Source: an uncultured Flavobacteriales bacterium
Lineage (GTDB): Bacteria; Bacteroidota; Bacteroidia; CAIKAF01
Direction of reading: 5' to 3'
NCBI GenBank assembly: GCA_903825395.1
Contig: CAIKAF010000010.1
Span: 16,700 to 80,699, forward strand
DNA length: 64,000 nt
Positions 38,768-49,098 of this stretch are shown here, one piece after another. The notes below the pieces were generated by a model that was not told the origin of the DNA, did not search any database, and saw only the letters and a program-made list of their open reading frames with translations. The stretch's first letter is position 1. Each line of letters begins with the position of its first letter. The position numbers and the translations under genes are program-made.

Positions 38768-39713
38768 GCTGCATGATTTTTTGAGTTAATTCTGATGCTG
38801 AAGGCCGAAGGATCGACAGGCGCAAAGGTACAAGGGCCAAGCGTGATAGGGTAGCTGCTGCAGGCCCCAATCGAGCCAAATCCTTACCTGTAGTTAGAAT
38901 ATATCGCCCGGCGGCCCGACGCTCCAGTGCCTCTATTTCCTTCGTGTTCATATGGCCATGATCGGGGAGGGCATAGGGTTCCCAACCGGGGAATGCTAGG
39001 CGCAAACTTTGGTTGTCTGCCAGGCCGGTCAGCAAAATTCCCGGAACTTCCGGATTGATTTGATTTCCAGTTCGCAGATCGACTGCCGGACCCATTTCTT
39101 CCAAAAAGCAGGCATCCCAATCGCTGGGGCAATCCATATTGGGCGGACATTTGGTTAAAAAAAGAACATCAAATTGGGTTCGGGTTCGGAAGGGTTGCCT
39201 CCAACGGCCTGCGGGAAGCAGGTCCTTATTCCTCTGATTAAAAGCGGAATGGCTGACCAAACAAATGGAAATGTCGGGTTGCAGGAGGTGGTGTTGTAAG
39301 CCATCGTCCAACAGCACCCATTGTACCTGTGGGTGGTGTTTTTGAATCCATTCCACGCCTTTTCTTCTGTTTTCTGAAACAACAACGGGCAGATGTGGAA
39401 GCGCGCGTTTGAGTTCCAAGGCCTCGTCGCCGGTTTCTGTTGCCAGGCTATTGACAAGGACCTCTACGATACCCTTACTTGTCCTTCCATATCCCCTAGA
39501 AAGGATTCCGATGTTTCGGTGTTGACAAAGCTGTTCTGACAGCCAGCGCACCATGGGCGTTTTTCCGCTGCCTCCAACGGTTAAGTTCCCCACCACCAGG
39601 GTGGGCAAAACGGCCTTTTTCCTCAGGCCCAAACGGAAAATAAGAAAGCGGTGCAGTAAAAACCCAAGCCAATACACGGGCACCAATATCCGAAACCAAG
39701 GGCTTGGGCTCAT
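38730..39713 (-). CDS. lpxK: tetraacyldisaccharide 4'-kinase
   Basis: P-loop VVGNLTVGGSGKTPMV at the characteristic position. 327 aa. Confidence 0.75.
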   Translation of the reverse strand: MSPSPWFRILVPVYWLGFLLHRFLIFRLGLRKKAVLPTLVVGNLTVGGSGKTPMVRWLSEQLCQHRNIGILSRGYGRTSKGIVEVLVNSLATETGDEALELKRALPHLPVVVSENRRKGVEWIQKHHPQVQWVLLDDGLQHHLLQPDISICLVSHSAFNQRNKDLLPAGRWRQPFRTRTQFDVLFLTKCPPNMDCPSDWDACFLEEMGPAVDLRTGNQINPEVPGILLTGLADNQSLRLAFPGWEPYALPDHGHMNTKEIEALERRAAGRYILTTGKDLARLGPAAATLSRLALVPLRLSILRPSASELTQKIMQHVDRIERSRKLS

Positions 39714-39830
39714 GCTTCAAAGGTAGGGGTTGTAGGGGAGGTTTGAAAGGGGAGCACGTATTGGATTTGGAATTTTAGGTTGTCCCCTCGTTTCCAATAC
39801 ATTCTATTACGAATCCCCCCCAAGTCTCAA

Positions 39831-39985
39831 CGCCGCCCGCGGCAGGGATTGAAGAGGGTAGGACGCCAGTGTGCCGGAGCCTGGCCCGCGAGGCGCGGAG
39901 GCGACCTTGGGAGCCCCCGCAAGCCCGCTGGGCCAGCCTTCCGGCACCGGCGGACTAGCCCTGAAAGCCCGCCCGCCGCCCCCCC
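39831..39985 (-). repeat. GC-rich dispersed element, copy B (reverse orientation)
   Basis: cccgcggcagggattgaag...gcggaggcgaccttgggagcccccgcaagcccgctgggccagcc...gaaagcccgcccgccgccccc. Confidence 0.8.
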
Positions 39986-39996
39986 CCAAAAAAAAA
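39979..39996. repeat. homopolymer tract C9 followed by A9
   Basis: cccccccccaaaaaaaaa read directly. Lies 143 nt upstream of the 40139 ORF start, at the edge of repeat copy B. Confidence 0.9.
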
Positions 39997-40138
39997 TCAA
40001 ATACCCCCACAATCTCCGCAATAAAATCGGGGCAGCAGACCCAATCTGCTCAAGCCGTTTGCCTCACGCAGATAAAACCACTTAAAATTTAATTTTCTCG
40101 GTGTATCTTTAACCTAATGTTATCAGGAAACCAACCCT

Positions 40139-42031
40139 ATGAAAAATACTCTTGCTTTTTTATGCATGCTGCTGCTGGGCGGCCTTGCCCACCTTGATGT
40201 TGCGGCTCAAGCCTGCCCCGGATGTGCCGTGAATCCAAGCTGTTATGTGCCCGGCGGCGGACTGTGTCCAGATTCTCTGCCCGCAGCTACGGTTGCCCAA
40301 GCCTACTCACAAGATGTTACATTTTACCTGCCAAGGCAAATCGATGCCGGACCTTTTTCTGGCGGATTGCTGGGCATTGTAGATTTGCTGCAACTCCGCA
40401 TTGATGCCATTTCCGGACTGCCTTTCGGATTGAACTGGTCTTGCAATATGAACAGCAACAACTGCACCTATTTTCCCTCTTCCAACGATACGCTGGGTTG
40501 TGTGCGCATTTGCGGAACTCCCGTCGGAAACCCCGGCGTGTATGCCGTTACCATTTTTGTTACCGCCACTGTCGATGCCGGCATTTTAGGACCTCAACAA
40601 GCCCAAACCTCGTTCCCTAACGTATTGGTATTGCTTCCAGATACCACCTCGAACTTGGGCTTCTCTATGGCCCCCGGAATTGGCTGTGCCCCACTCACCG
40701 TGAATTTCATCAACAACTTTCCCAGCAACGGCTATGTTCCGATTCCCGGACAAACCCAAGGATTTTTATACAATTGGGATTTTGGGAACGGACTGCAATC
40801 CAACATTGAAAATCCCCCGGCCGTCACCTTTTATGCCCCCGGCCAATATCCGGTGAATTATACCGCAACCGTCGACACCTTTGGATTCCAGCTGACCAAT
40901 GTTACAGTTACGGCCGTCAATTGCAGCGATTTTGGCAGCAGTGCCGATGTGTACATCAAAATCTTTGATGGCTCAAACACCGAAATTTTCAACAACGAAA
41001 GCAACCAAACAACAACCTTGCCGTTTAACGTTTCTTTAAGCATTGATGCCACCAATCCGCCCTACCGACTTGAAGTCTGGGACGACGATTCCGGGTTTTT
41101 AGGCACTGCCGACGACAATTGCTTTGACGACACCGAAAACCCCCACCCCCCTGTGGTCATGAATCTGCCACCGGTGAACGTCTTAGGAACTACGACCCAG
41201 TATTTCACGAGCGGAAATACTCCCTTGGCCTTTAATTATACCTACACCAAAAACACCTTCCAGGTTCAGGTGAGCGATACGGTTACGGTATTCCCCGTGC
41301 CGCCTGTCCAAAGCTTGGTGTTGAGTCCGGGGAATAAAGTCTGCAGTCCCGATTCCATTGAAATGCGGGTAAGCCCGGGGTTTGGCTATGAATGGTTTAT
41401 GAACGATACGATGCTGCTGGCCGGGGCCATTACAGAACAGGCTTTTGCCAAACAAACCGGCTCGTACAAAGTACGGGTGTATGACCTCAATACCGGCTGC
41501 TATTCTTTTAGCCACGATACGTTGATTACCGTTGCTCCCGGAATCCCCGGCAATTTTGCCATTCTTCAAAATCCCCCAGGAACGCTGAATTCCTCCATTT
41601 CCGGATTCTACTCTTTCCAATGGATTTTCCAGTCTGGCACGGCCTGGCTGCCCATCCCCGCCCCTCAAGGTCAACAATCCACCTACATTCATCCCATTGG
41701 TGGGTTTTATGGGCTTATTGCCACCAACCCCGAAGGCTGCACCGATACCGCATTCTTTAATTACAACGGAACCTCGTTCGAGGTGTTCGAATCTTCCGTG
41801 CAACTCTACCCAAATCCAGCTAAAAACCAGATTAATATTCATGTGGAGGGATCGGAGATTCTTAAGCTGAGCATACTTGATTTTGCCGGACGCCTCATCT
41901 CAGAACAAAGCTGGACAGAAGGACAGTCGAACATTGAGCTATCGCTGATTGGCTGGCAAAGTGGGTATTATTTTGCTTTGGTAGAAGGCCCATTAGGCCG
42001 CCGGGCCTTGCCCTTTATTAAAATAGAATAA
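40139..42031 (+). CDS. secreted protein with PKD/Ig-like beta domains and T9SS C-terminal sorting domain
   Basis: Signal peptide. Cys-rich N-terminus (CPGCAVNPSCY). C-terminal VQLYPNPAKNQINIHVEG...SGYYFALVEG has T9SS CTD features. Confidence 0.55.
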   Translation: MKNTLAFLCMLLLGGLAHLDVAAQACPGCAVNPSCYVPGGGLCPDSLPAATVAQAYSQDVTFYLPRQIDAGPFSGGLLGIVDLLQLRIDAISGLPFGLNWSCNMNSNNCTYFPSSNDTLGCVRICGTPVGNPGVYAVTIFVTATVDAGILGPQQAQTSFPNVLVLLPDTTSNLGFSMAPGIGCAPLTVNFINNFPSNGYVPIPGQTQGFLYNWDFGNGLQSNIENPPAVTFYAPGQYPVNYTATVDTFGFQLTNVTVTAVNCSDFGSSADVYIKIFDGSNTEIFNNESNQTTTLPFNVSLSIDATNPPYRLEVWDDDSGFLGTADDNCFDDTENPHPPVVMNLPPVNVLGTTTQYFTSGNTPLAFNYTYTKNTFQVQVSDTVTVFPVPPVQSLVLSPGNKVCSPDSIEMRVSPGFGYEWFMNDTMLLAGAITEQAFAKQTGSYKVRVYDLNTGCYSFSHDTLITVAPGIPGNFAILQNPPGTLNSSISGFYSFQWIFQSGTAWLPIPAPQGQQSTYIHPIGGFYGLIATNPEGCTDTAFFNYNGTSFEVFESSVQLYPNPAKNQINIHVEGSEILKLSILDFAGRLISEQSWTEGQSNIELSLIGWQSGYYFALVEGPLGRRALPFIKIE

Positions 42032-42039
42032 ACGGAACC

Positions 42040-44427
42040 TTGGGTCAGCCCAACAAAATAAGAGCGGCCTTTCGATCCGCCCTTTTTCTGGTCTGGACAG
42101 TCTGGATTCCCTTGTGTCTGCAAGGACAAAACCCTACGTTTGTCTTTTCAGGCAAGGTGGTGGATTCTGAAAGCGGAGAAGGCCTGCCGGCAGCGACGCT
42201 TCAGGAAAACGGCAAGGTGCTTTCTGTCTGCAATGCCAAAGGCGAATTCAGCTTTTCCTTCAACTCAGAATCCCTCACTGTTTCGGTTCGATACATGGGC
42301 TATCAGGCCTTTGAAACCAAACTAAATGCGTCAACGGCCTTTCACACCATACCACTGCAGGCATCTTCTACAGCTCTGGCAGCCGTAGTCGTTACAGGAA
42401 GCCGATATGGCAAACGCGCCGCCGAAGAAACCGTCAGCATCGAAGTGATTGGCAAAGAACTGATTAAAAACACGGCTGCGGTTGAAACCGCCGAAATGCT
42501 GAATCGAGTACCCGGAATTCAGGTTTCTGACGGACAAGCCAACATCCGCGGAGGCTCCGGATATGCCTATGGCGTTGGAAGCCGCGTTTCGGTATTGCTC
42601 GATGGACTCCCCATTCTTGCCGCCGACCAAATGAACGCGGAATGGCAATACTTACCCCTAGAAATTACCGATCAAATTGAAGTCATAAAAGGGGCCAGCT
42701 CGGTGCTGTACGGTTCTGGCTCAATGAATGGAATTGTACATGTGCTTACCACCTGGCCCGGCCAAGAACCTGAAACTCGGCTTGCCGTATATTCTGAGGT
42801 GTTCGACCAGCCACGAACTCCCGAGCAACGCTGGTACAGCAGCGGCGAAACACCCAACGCCCATGGCATGTTTTTCAGCCATACGCAAAAAATTGGAGAC
42901 GATGTTGACTTGGTCATCGGAGGCAATTCGCACTTGGAACGCAGCTTCCGACAATTTAACGATGAGCAACGCCTGCGGCTCAACATTAAAACCCGCTATC
43001 GAATTCCCTCTAAACCCGGCATGACTTTGGGCATCAACGCCACGGGCATGTATGAAAACAGCAGCCGTTTTTTGCTTTGGTCGGGCTCAGATGCCAATGC
43101 CTATCGAGCCTTTGCCTACAGCGACGACCGCTATTATTTTTTTAATGTGGATCCTTTTTGGACCTGGAACCGCAGCAAGGCCTCCCACCAGTTAAAAACC
43201 CGATACTTCCGCAAATTAAGATTTGGAACGGGCACCGACATCGATGCCATTGCCAACATTGCTCTGGCCGATTATCAATTCCAACAACGGCTTTGGAAAC
43301 AAAAATTGGTGATGACCGTGGGCGGTACCGGCAGCTATGGCTGGACTCAAAGCAATTTGTTTTTACCTGAACTGCAATTGGACTCCTTGGGAAACCCGGC
43401 CCGCTTCTTTGAATTGTTCTCGGCCGCCGTATTCGGGCAGCTTGAGGGAACCTTTAACCGGTTGAATGTGCTGTTGGGACTGCGCTATGAAGTGAATGGA
43501 GCCGATTTGCTTGTCGAAGGCTCAATCCCTGTACTGCGCTTGGGCGCAAATTACCGCATTTCAGAACAAACCTTTGCCCGCGTTTCCTTCGGTCAGTCGT
43601 ATCGGATGCCCAGTTTGGCCGAACGGTTTTTGCAGAGCAATGTTGGCGGATTGAATATTTTTCCCAATTTCGATTTGTTGCCTGAAACGGGAATCAACAG
43701 CGAACTGGGCATTAAATCTGGATTCAGAATTGGAAAACACTGGACTGGAAGCCTTGACGCAGCGTTGTTTTGGATGGAATACGATCGCATGACAGAATAT
43801 ACTCTGGGCTTTTATCCTCCGGCCGGTACCGACACCGCTCTGTCTTGGCTTGGATGGAAATCGCTGAATACCGGCCGAGCCCGAATGGCAGGGTTTGAAT
43901 GGTCAATACAAGGTTCGGGGAATTTCGGCCGCCTAAAAATTCAGCCTATGCTGGGATACACCTACAGCTTTGGGACAAACTTAGACGACAACCCCGACAT
44001 GATTGCGCCCGGCATATTTCTGGAGCGCATGTTCACTACCCTATTTCAAAATTTAATCAATCAACCCGAAGCGAATTGGCTGCTTCCTATGCGCAGCCGC
44101 CATTTGATTCGGATGGATTTGCAGGCCGATTGGAAACGCTGGGGCTTAGGCATCAACCTTCGCTACCAATCCTTCATCGAACGCTATGATCCCAATTTTG
44201 GAGTCATTTCGCTCGCCATCCCCGATTTCAACGACAGTTATCTGGCAAATCGAACACATCGGAACGGCGACTGCATCATTGATCTTCGGCTTCAGTACCG
44301 CATTCCAAAATGGAATTGCCGCCTTTCCTTCTTGGTCAAAAATATAGGTAGCTTGGAATTCGCCGACCGTCCCGGCATTATGAACGCGCCCCGCAGCTTC
44401 AATCTGCGCTGGGACTTTTCTTGGTAA
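42040..44427 (+). CDS. TonB-dependent outer-membrane receptor (CarbopepD_reg + plug + barrel)
   Basis: FSGKVVDSESGEGLPAATL (CarbopepD_reg), a plug domain and a terminal aromatic (RWDFSW). 795 aa. Confidence 0.75.
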   Translation: MGQPNKIRAAFRSALFLVWTVWIPLCLQGQNPTFVFSGKVVDSESGEGLPAATLQENGKVLSVCNAKGEFSFSFNSESLTVSVRYMGYQAFETKLNASTAFHTIPLQASSTALAAVVVTGSRYGKRAAEETVSIEVIGKELIKNTAAVETAEMLNRVPGIQVSDGQANIRGGSGYAYGVGSRVSVLLDGLPILAADQMNAEWQYLPLEITDQIEVIKGASSVLYGSGSMNGIVHVLTTWPGQEPETRLAVYSEVFDQPRTPEQRWYSSGETPNAHGMFFSHTQKIGDDVDLVIGGNSHLERSFRQFNDEQRLRLNIKTRYRIPSKPGMTLGINATGMYENSSRFLLWSGSDANAYRAFAYSDDRYYFFNVDPFWTWNRSKASHQLKTRYFRKLRFGTGTDIDAIANIALADYQFQQRLWKQKLVMTVGGTGSYGWTQSNLFLPELQLDSLGNPARFFELFSAAVFGQLEGTFNRLNVLLGLRYEVNGADLLVEGSIPVLRLGANYRISEQTFARVSFGQSYRMPSLAERFLQSNVGGLNIFPNFDLLPETGINSELGIKSGFRIGKHWTGSLDAALFWMEYDRMTEYTLGFYPPAGTDTALSWLGWKSLNTGRARMAGFEWSIQGSGNFGRLKIQPMLGYTYSFGTNLDDNPDMIAPGIFLERMFTTLFQNLINQPEANWLLPMRSRHLIRMDLQADWKRWGLGINLRYQSFIERYDPNFGVISLAIPDFNDSYLANRTHRNGDCIIDLRLQYRIPKWNCRLSFLVKNIGSLEFADRPGIMNAPRSFNLRWDFSW

Positions 44428-44436
44428 GAGGGGTAT

Positions 44437-44586
44437 TCGGGCGGCAGCCGGGCTTTCAGGGGTAGTCTGCCCTTGCCGAAAGGCGGGCCCAGCGGGCTTG
44501 CGGGGGCTCCTAAAGTCGCCTCCGCGCCGCGCGGGCCCGGCTTCGGCAACGGGCAGAGCTACCCTCTTCAATCCCTGCCGCGGGCC
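44437..44586 (+). repeat. GC-rich dispersed element, copy C
   Basis: gggcggcagccgggctttcaggggtagtc...gcgggcccagcgggcttgcgggggctcctaaagtcgcctccgcgccgcgcgggcccggc...caatccctgccgcgggcc. Overlaps the last ~6 codons of menD. Confidence 0.8.
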
Positions 44587-46220
44587 ACCTCATTCCATGA
44601 CGCCGCTCGCCGTGCTTGATAGGTGTTCCATGCCGCCGTATTTTCCCGCGCATCGGTTTGCAGTTCAATGACTCCCGTGCGAATTCCATCCCAAATTTTT
44701 AGGCAATCTGCCAACTCCTGAACGCATCCACAACAGGCATACCGAAGCCCAAACCGCTGGGCAAACCAGGCAAAGGTGTCGGTTCGGGCAGCCACAAAAT
44801 GCCGTTCTACATCAGCAGATGCCGCGGGAGGCCCCGGCAGATTTCTAAATATTTGACCCCCAAAATTATTGAGGATCACTACCAATACATTGGTTGGGAA
44901 AGGCTGGCTCAGCAGGGCATTGTTGTCGTAGTTCATGGCCAAATCGCCAATCAAAACCACATGTTGGCGCAGGGGGTCGGCCAAAGCCTGTCCCACTGCA
45001 GTAGATAAGGTGCCGTCAATTCCACTCAAACCTCTGTTGCACCACAGTTCAATTCCCTCAGGCAGCATAGTTTGAAGCGCATCTACATAGCGTACACTCA
45101 TGCTGTTTGCCACATGCATTACCGAGTCGGCCTGCAGTTGCTTCAATATGAAGGCAACCGCGGAAACATCCGACCACGTTTCATCCCATTCTTCAATGTC
45201 GGCCATTGGCAAAACCATGGGCTCAAGGGGTTGGGGTAAGGAGTTGAAAAACGCCGCCACCGAACCCATCCAAAACGGTTGCTGTGGTAAAAATCGATAT
45301 CCCGGCTGTTCAAACAAATCCACATGCAAGGTCTTCTGACCGGGGAACCGAGAAAAGAAGGACTCCCATCGCCGTGGAACCATAGAACCTCCCACTGAAA
45401 CAAGCACGTGGGGAAGACCTTCCTCAGTTGGACGGCTCCACAACCAAAATGGGAAATCGCTGCGCGACGAAAACGACCACAAGTGCGAGGACACATCCCC
45501 CCAAAACGCCCCACCTTTGGCAATAAATTCTCGGATAAAAGGCTGCAGTTCCAGCGCAGATTTTCGATCCATATGGCCGGCCAAAATGGCTATTCTGGGT
45601 CGAGCCGGCACATTCAACTCGGCCAAAGAACGAATGCCTTGGCCAAGATCAATCGCTGGCCCCTCTTGAGTTAAGACCAAAGGTTCAGAGCCCGGATGCA
45701 CCGTACTTCCATCGTCTGCCTCATACAAGGGCTCTTCAAACCGAATGTTCAGGTGTACCGGCCCGGGTTTCCCTTGGCACAACACATCCCAGGTTTGATC
45801 CGGATGGCCGGGATCTAGATTTGAAACCAGAGTCCGACCTTTAATAAATCCCTGAAAAAAAGATTCCTGCCATAGGGTTTGCCCCTCATGTGCAGGCACG
45901 TACCGCGAAGGCCTGTCGGCAGTAATGACCACCAATCCAACTCCCTGATGATAGGCCTCGGCTATTGCTGGGCCATAATTAATTCCAGCCGAACCGCTGC
46001 TGCAAATTAAGCCTACCGGGCGCTGCCATTGCCGGGCAAGCCCAAGGGCAATAAACCCCGCTGAACGCTCATCGGGATGAACAACCATCCGAACACCGGG
46101 CAAGGATTCTAAGGCCAGAATTAAAGGCGCAGAACGAGAACCTGGCGAAACCACAAAATCGCGCAACCCCTTTTCAAAAAGAGCCTGAATCCAAAACCGG
46201 GCCAGTGCTGCTGCGTTCAT
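44568..46220 (-). CDS. menD: 2-succinyl-5-enolpyruvyl-6-hydroxy-3-cyclohexene-1-carboxylate synthase (ThDP enzyme, menaquinone pathway)
   Basis: N-terminus FVVSPGSRSAPL...HPDERSAGFIALG...GPAIAEAY typical of MenD. ThDP-binding GDLA...N motif. 550 aa. Confidence 0.8.
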   Translation of the reverse strand: MNAAALARFWIQALFEKGLRDFVVSPGSRSAPLILALESLPGVRMVVHPDERSAGFIALGLARQWQRPVGLICSSGSAGINYGPAIAEAYHQGVGLVVITADRPSRYVPAHEGQTLWQESFFQGFIKGRTLVSNLDPGHPDQTWDVLCQGKPGPVHLNIRFEEPLYEADDGSTVHPGSEPLVLTQEGPAIDLGQGIRSLAELNVPARPRIAILAGHMDRKSALELQPFIREFIAKGGAFWGDVSSHLWSFSSRSDFPFWLWSRPTEEGLPHVLVSVGGSMVPRRWESFFSRFPGQKTLHVDLFEQPGYRFLPQQPFWMGSVAAFFNSLPQPLEPMVLPMADIEEWDETWSDVSAVAFILKQLQADSVMHVANSMSVRYVDALQTMLPEGIELWCNRGLSGIDGTLSTAVGQALADPLRQHVVLIGDLAMNYDNNALLSQPFPTNVLVVILNNFGGQIFRNLPGPPAASADVERHFVAARTDTFAWFAQRFGLRYACCGCVQELADCLKIWDGIRTGVIELQTDARENTAAWNTYQARRAASWNEVARGRD

Positions 46221-46334
46221 GCAACAAAGTAACGAAAAAGAGGGCTAGATGTTCCCAAGTATAGCCCCAAGGCCCCGGAATGAAGGGACACAACTATCGC
46301 GCAATTTCCAGTCTCAAGACCTATCTTTGCATCT

Positions 46335-49013
46335 ATGTCTGAAACGTTGTCTCCTCTTTCTCCCTTACTTCGGCTTTCGGGCCTTGAAGCCTTGGTGGCG
46401 ACCTCCACCACCAATTTTATCAACATTGGTGAACGGTGCAATGTAACAGGCTCCCGAAAGTTCCTTCGATTGATTCAAGAAAACCAGTACGACGAAGCCG
46501 TAGGAATTGCCTTAGAACAAGTTCGCGGTGGAGCTCAAATTCTGGACGTTAACATGGACGAAGGCATGCTGGACGGGAAACGAGCCATGGTGCGCTTCTT
46601 AAATCTAATTGCTGCCGAACCTGAAATTGCCCGTATTCCCATTATGATTGACAGTTCCCGCTGGGAAATCATTCATGCCGGATTAAAATGCCTGCAAGGA
46701 AAAGGCATGGTAAATTCCATTTCGCTGAAATCGGGAGAAGAAGAATTCCTATACCAAGCAGCGGAAATCCGTAAGTTTGGCGCCGCAGTGGTGGTAATGG
46801 CCTTTGATGAACAGGGACAGGCCGATACCCTTCAACGCCGAATTGATATTTGCCAACGGGCCTACAACCTGCTGGTGAAAAAGGTCGGTTTCTCTCCCAG
46901 TGATATTGTTTTTGATCCCAATATTTTCCCCGTTGCCACTGGGATTGAGGAACACAACAATTACGCCCTCGATTTCTTTGAAGCCACCCGGTGGATTAAA
47001 GCCAATCTGCCCTACGCCAAGGTTTCGGGTGGAGTTTCCAATGTCTCATTTTCTTTTCGCGGCAACGACCGCGTTCGCGAAGCCATGCACTCTGCTTTCT
47101 TATACCACGGCATACAAGCCGGCATGGATATGGGCATTGTGAACCCATCGCAATTGGAAGTGTATGACGACATTCCCGCCACCTTGCTTGAACACGTAGA
47201 AGACGTGCTGCTCAACCGCCGTCCCGATGCCACAGAACGCTTGCTCAACTTGGCCGAAGAGTTTAAAACATCCAGGCAAAAAGAGGTAACTACCGAAGCT
47301 TGGCGGGAAGGCCCAGTTCAAGAACGACTCAGCTATGCCTTGGTAAAGGGGATTGTAGATTTTATTGATGCCGACGTTGAAGAAGCACGGCAATACTACG
47401 ACCGACCCATTCAGGTCATTGAAGGACCGCTAATGGACGGCATGAATCACGTTGGAGATTTGTTTGGTGCCGGAAAAATGTTCCTCCCTCAGGTGGTTAA
47501 ATCCGCCCGAGTTATGAAAAAGGCCGTGGCTCAGCTGATTCCGTACATCGAAGCAGAAGCCCAGGGAGAAGTTCAGAAAAAAGGCCGAATCTTAATGGCT
47601 ACGGTAAAAGGAGATGTTCACGATATTGGCAAAAACATTGTGGGTGTTGTGCTGGGTTGCAACAATTACGACATCATTGACCTTGGAGTAATGGTGCCTG
47701 CCGAGAAAATTCTGGCCGAAGCCAAAGCCCAGGAGGTGGATATTATTGGCCTTAGTGGCTTAATTACTCCTAGCCTAGAAGAAATGGTATTCCTCGCCTC
47801 TGAAATGCAGCGGCAAGGGTTTACAATTCCTCTTCTAATTGGCGGAGCTACTACATCAAAAGCACACACCGCAGTGAAAATAGCTCCGGCATATACCGCA
47901 GGTCCTGTTGTACACGTTTTAGATGCCAGCCGCTCTGTTCCCGTTGCCGAGGCACTGCTTGGCGATAAAAAAGAAGGATTCCTTCAGCAATGGGAAGAAG
48001 AGTATGCCGAGGTGCGTAGCCGATTTGAGCGGCAGCAGGAAGAGAAAAATTTAATCTCCCTGCGCAGCGCCCGCGCCAATGCCGCTCGGTCTACCGCACT
48101 TCTGCCGCCAGCCCCAGCTCCGGCTCAATTGGGCCTGCAACACCTTAAAAATTACCCCCTGGAAAAACTAATTCCATACATCGATTGGACACCTTTTTTC
48201 CAAACCTGGGAACTGGCGGGTCGTTTTCCGGCCATTCTGGAAGATACCGTTGTGGGAGAACAAGCCCGAGAGCTATTTGCCGATGCCCAATTTATGCTGA
48301 ACCAATTGGTGCAAGAGGGTTGGTTAACAGCCAATGCCAGTTTTGGACTTTTCCCCGCCCGGCGCGAGGGCGATAGCGTGGTTGTGTATTCCGACGAAAC
48401 TCGAAAGCAGGAAATCAGCCGATTCCATTTTTTACGGCAGCAAAACCTAAAACAAGCCGGGCAACCAAATTACTGCCTAGCCGATTTCATCTCAGAAGAT
48501 GCCCCCGATTACATCGGCGCCTTCGCCGTCACCACTGGAATCGGCATTGAAAGCCATTTGCAGCGCTTTGAAGCCGACCACGACGACTACCGTTCCATTC
48601 TTTTAAAGGCCCTGGCCGACCGATTGGCAGAGGCGTTTGCTGAACACCTGCATGCCCGTATTCGAAGAGAAATCTGGGGCTATGCCCCAAATGAAAATTT
48701 AGACAACGAAGCGCTAATTAAAGAAAAATACCAAGGCATACGCCCGGCACCCGGATACCCCGCTTGCCCCGACCATACTGAAAAACCCAGGCTGTTTGAG
48801 TTGCTGAATGCCAGCGCAGAATCCGGAATGCACCTGACCGAATCTATGGCCATGATGCCCGCCAGCAGTGTCTGCGGCTGGTATTTTGCTCATCCCGATT
48901 CAAGGTATTTTGGTTTAGGCAAAATAACGGAAGAACAGGGCCGAGACCTTGCCGAGCGAAAGGGAATTCCCTGGGAAGACCTGCGGCGCTGGCTTAGCCC
49001 AAACCTGGCCTAA
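46335..49013 (+). CDS. metH: methionine synthase core: pterin-binding + B12-cap + B12-binding + AdoMet-activation domains (lacks Hcy-binding domain)
   Basis: The pterin-binding block [15 protein letters not shown]...[11 protein letters not shown]12-binding [10 protein letters not shown] and GLSGL, and the C-terminal reactivation domain. 892 aa, i.e. MetH minus the N-terminal ~340 aa. Confidence 0.85.
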   Translation: MSETLSPLSPLLRLSGLEALVATSTTNFINIGERCNVTGSRKFLRLIQENQYDEAVGIALEQVRGGAQILDVNMDEGMLDGKRAMVRFLNLIAAEPEIARIPIMIDSSRWEIIHAGLKCLQGKGMVNSISLKSGEEEFLYQAAEIRKFGAAVVVMAFDEQGQADTLQRRIDICQRAYNLLVKKVGFSPSDIVFDPNIFPVATGIEEHNNYALDFFEATRWIKANLPYAKVSGGVSNVSFSFRGNDRVREAMHSAFLYHGIQAGMDMGIVNPSQLEVYDDIPATLLEHVEDVLLNRRPDATERLLNLAEEFKTSRQKEVTTEAWREGPVQERLSYALVKGIVDFIDADVEEARQYYDRPIQVIEGPLMDGMNHVGDLFGAGKMFLPQVVKSARVMKKAVAQLIPYIEAEAQGEVQKKGRILMATVKGDVHDIGKNIVGVVLGCNNYDIIDLGVMVPAEKILAEAKAQEVDIIGLSGLITPSLEEMVFLASEMQRQGFTIPLLIGGATTSKAHTAVKIAPAYTAGPVVHVLDASRSVPVAEALLGDKKEGFLQQWEEEYAEVRSRFERQQEEKNLISLRSARANAARSTALLPPAPAPAQLGLQHLKNYPLEKLIPYIDWTPFFQTWELAGRFPAILEDTVVGEQARELFADAQFMLNQLVQEGWLTANASFGLFPARREGDSVVVYSDETRKQEISRFHFLRQQNLKQAGQPNYCLADFISEDAPDYIGAFAVTTGIGIESHLQRFEADHDDYRSILLKALADRLAEAFAEHLHARIRREIWGYAPNENLDNEALIKEKYQGIRPAPGYPACPDHTEKPRLFELLNASAESGMHLTESMAMMPASSVCGWYFAHPDSRYFGLGKITEEQGRDLAERKGIPWEDLRRWLSPNLA

Positions 49014-49098
49014 ATTACCCATGTATTACCCTTTTGGTTCAGCTCCAACCCAACTTGGAGCAATGTTGTACCTTTAATGGAATCAACCTGATCTTTGT

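Noticed and set aside
46220-46335. Cobalamin or SAM riboswitch in the metH/menD divergent leader
   Set aside because: Only about 115 nt are available, and I could not find a B12-box (GCCACTG) or SAM-I/SAM-II consensus elements. Not supported without a covariance-model scan.
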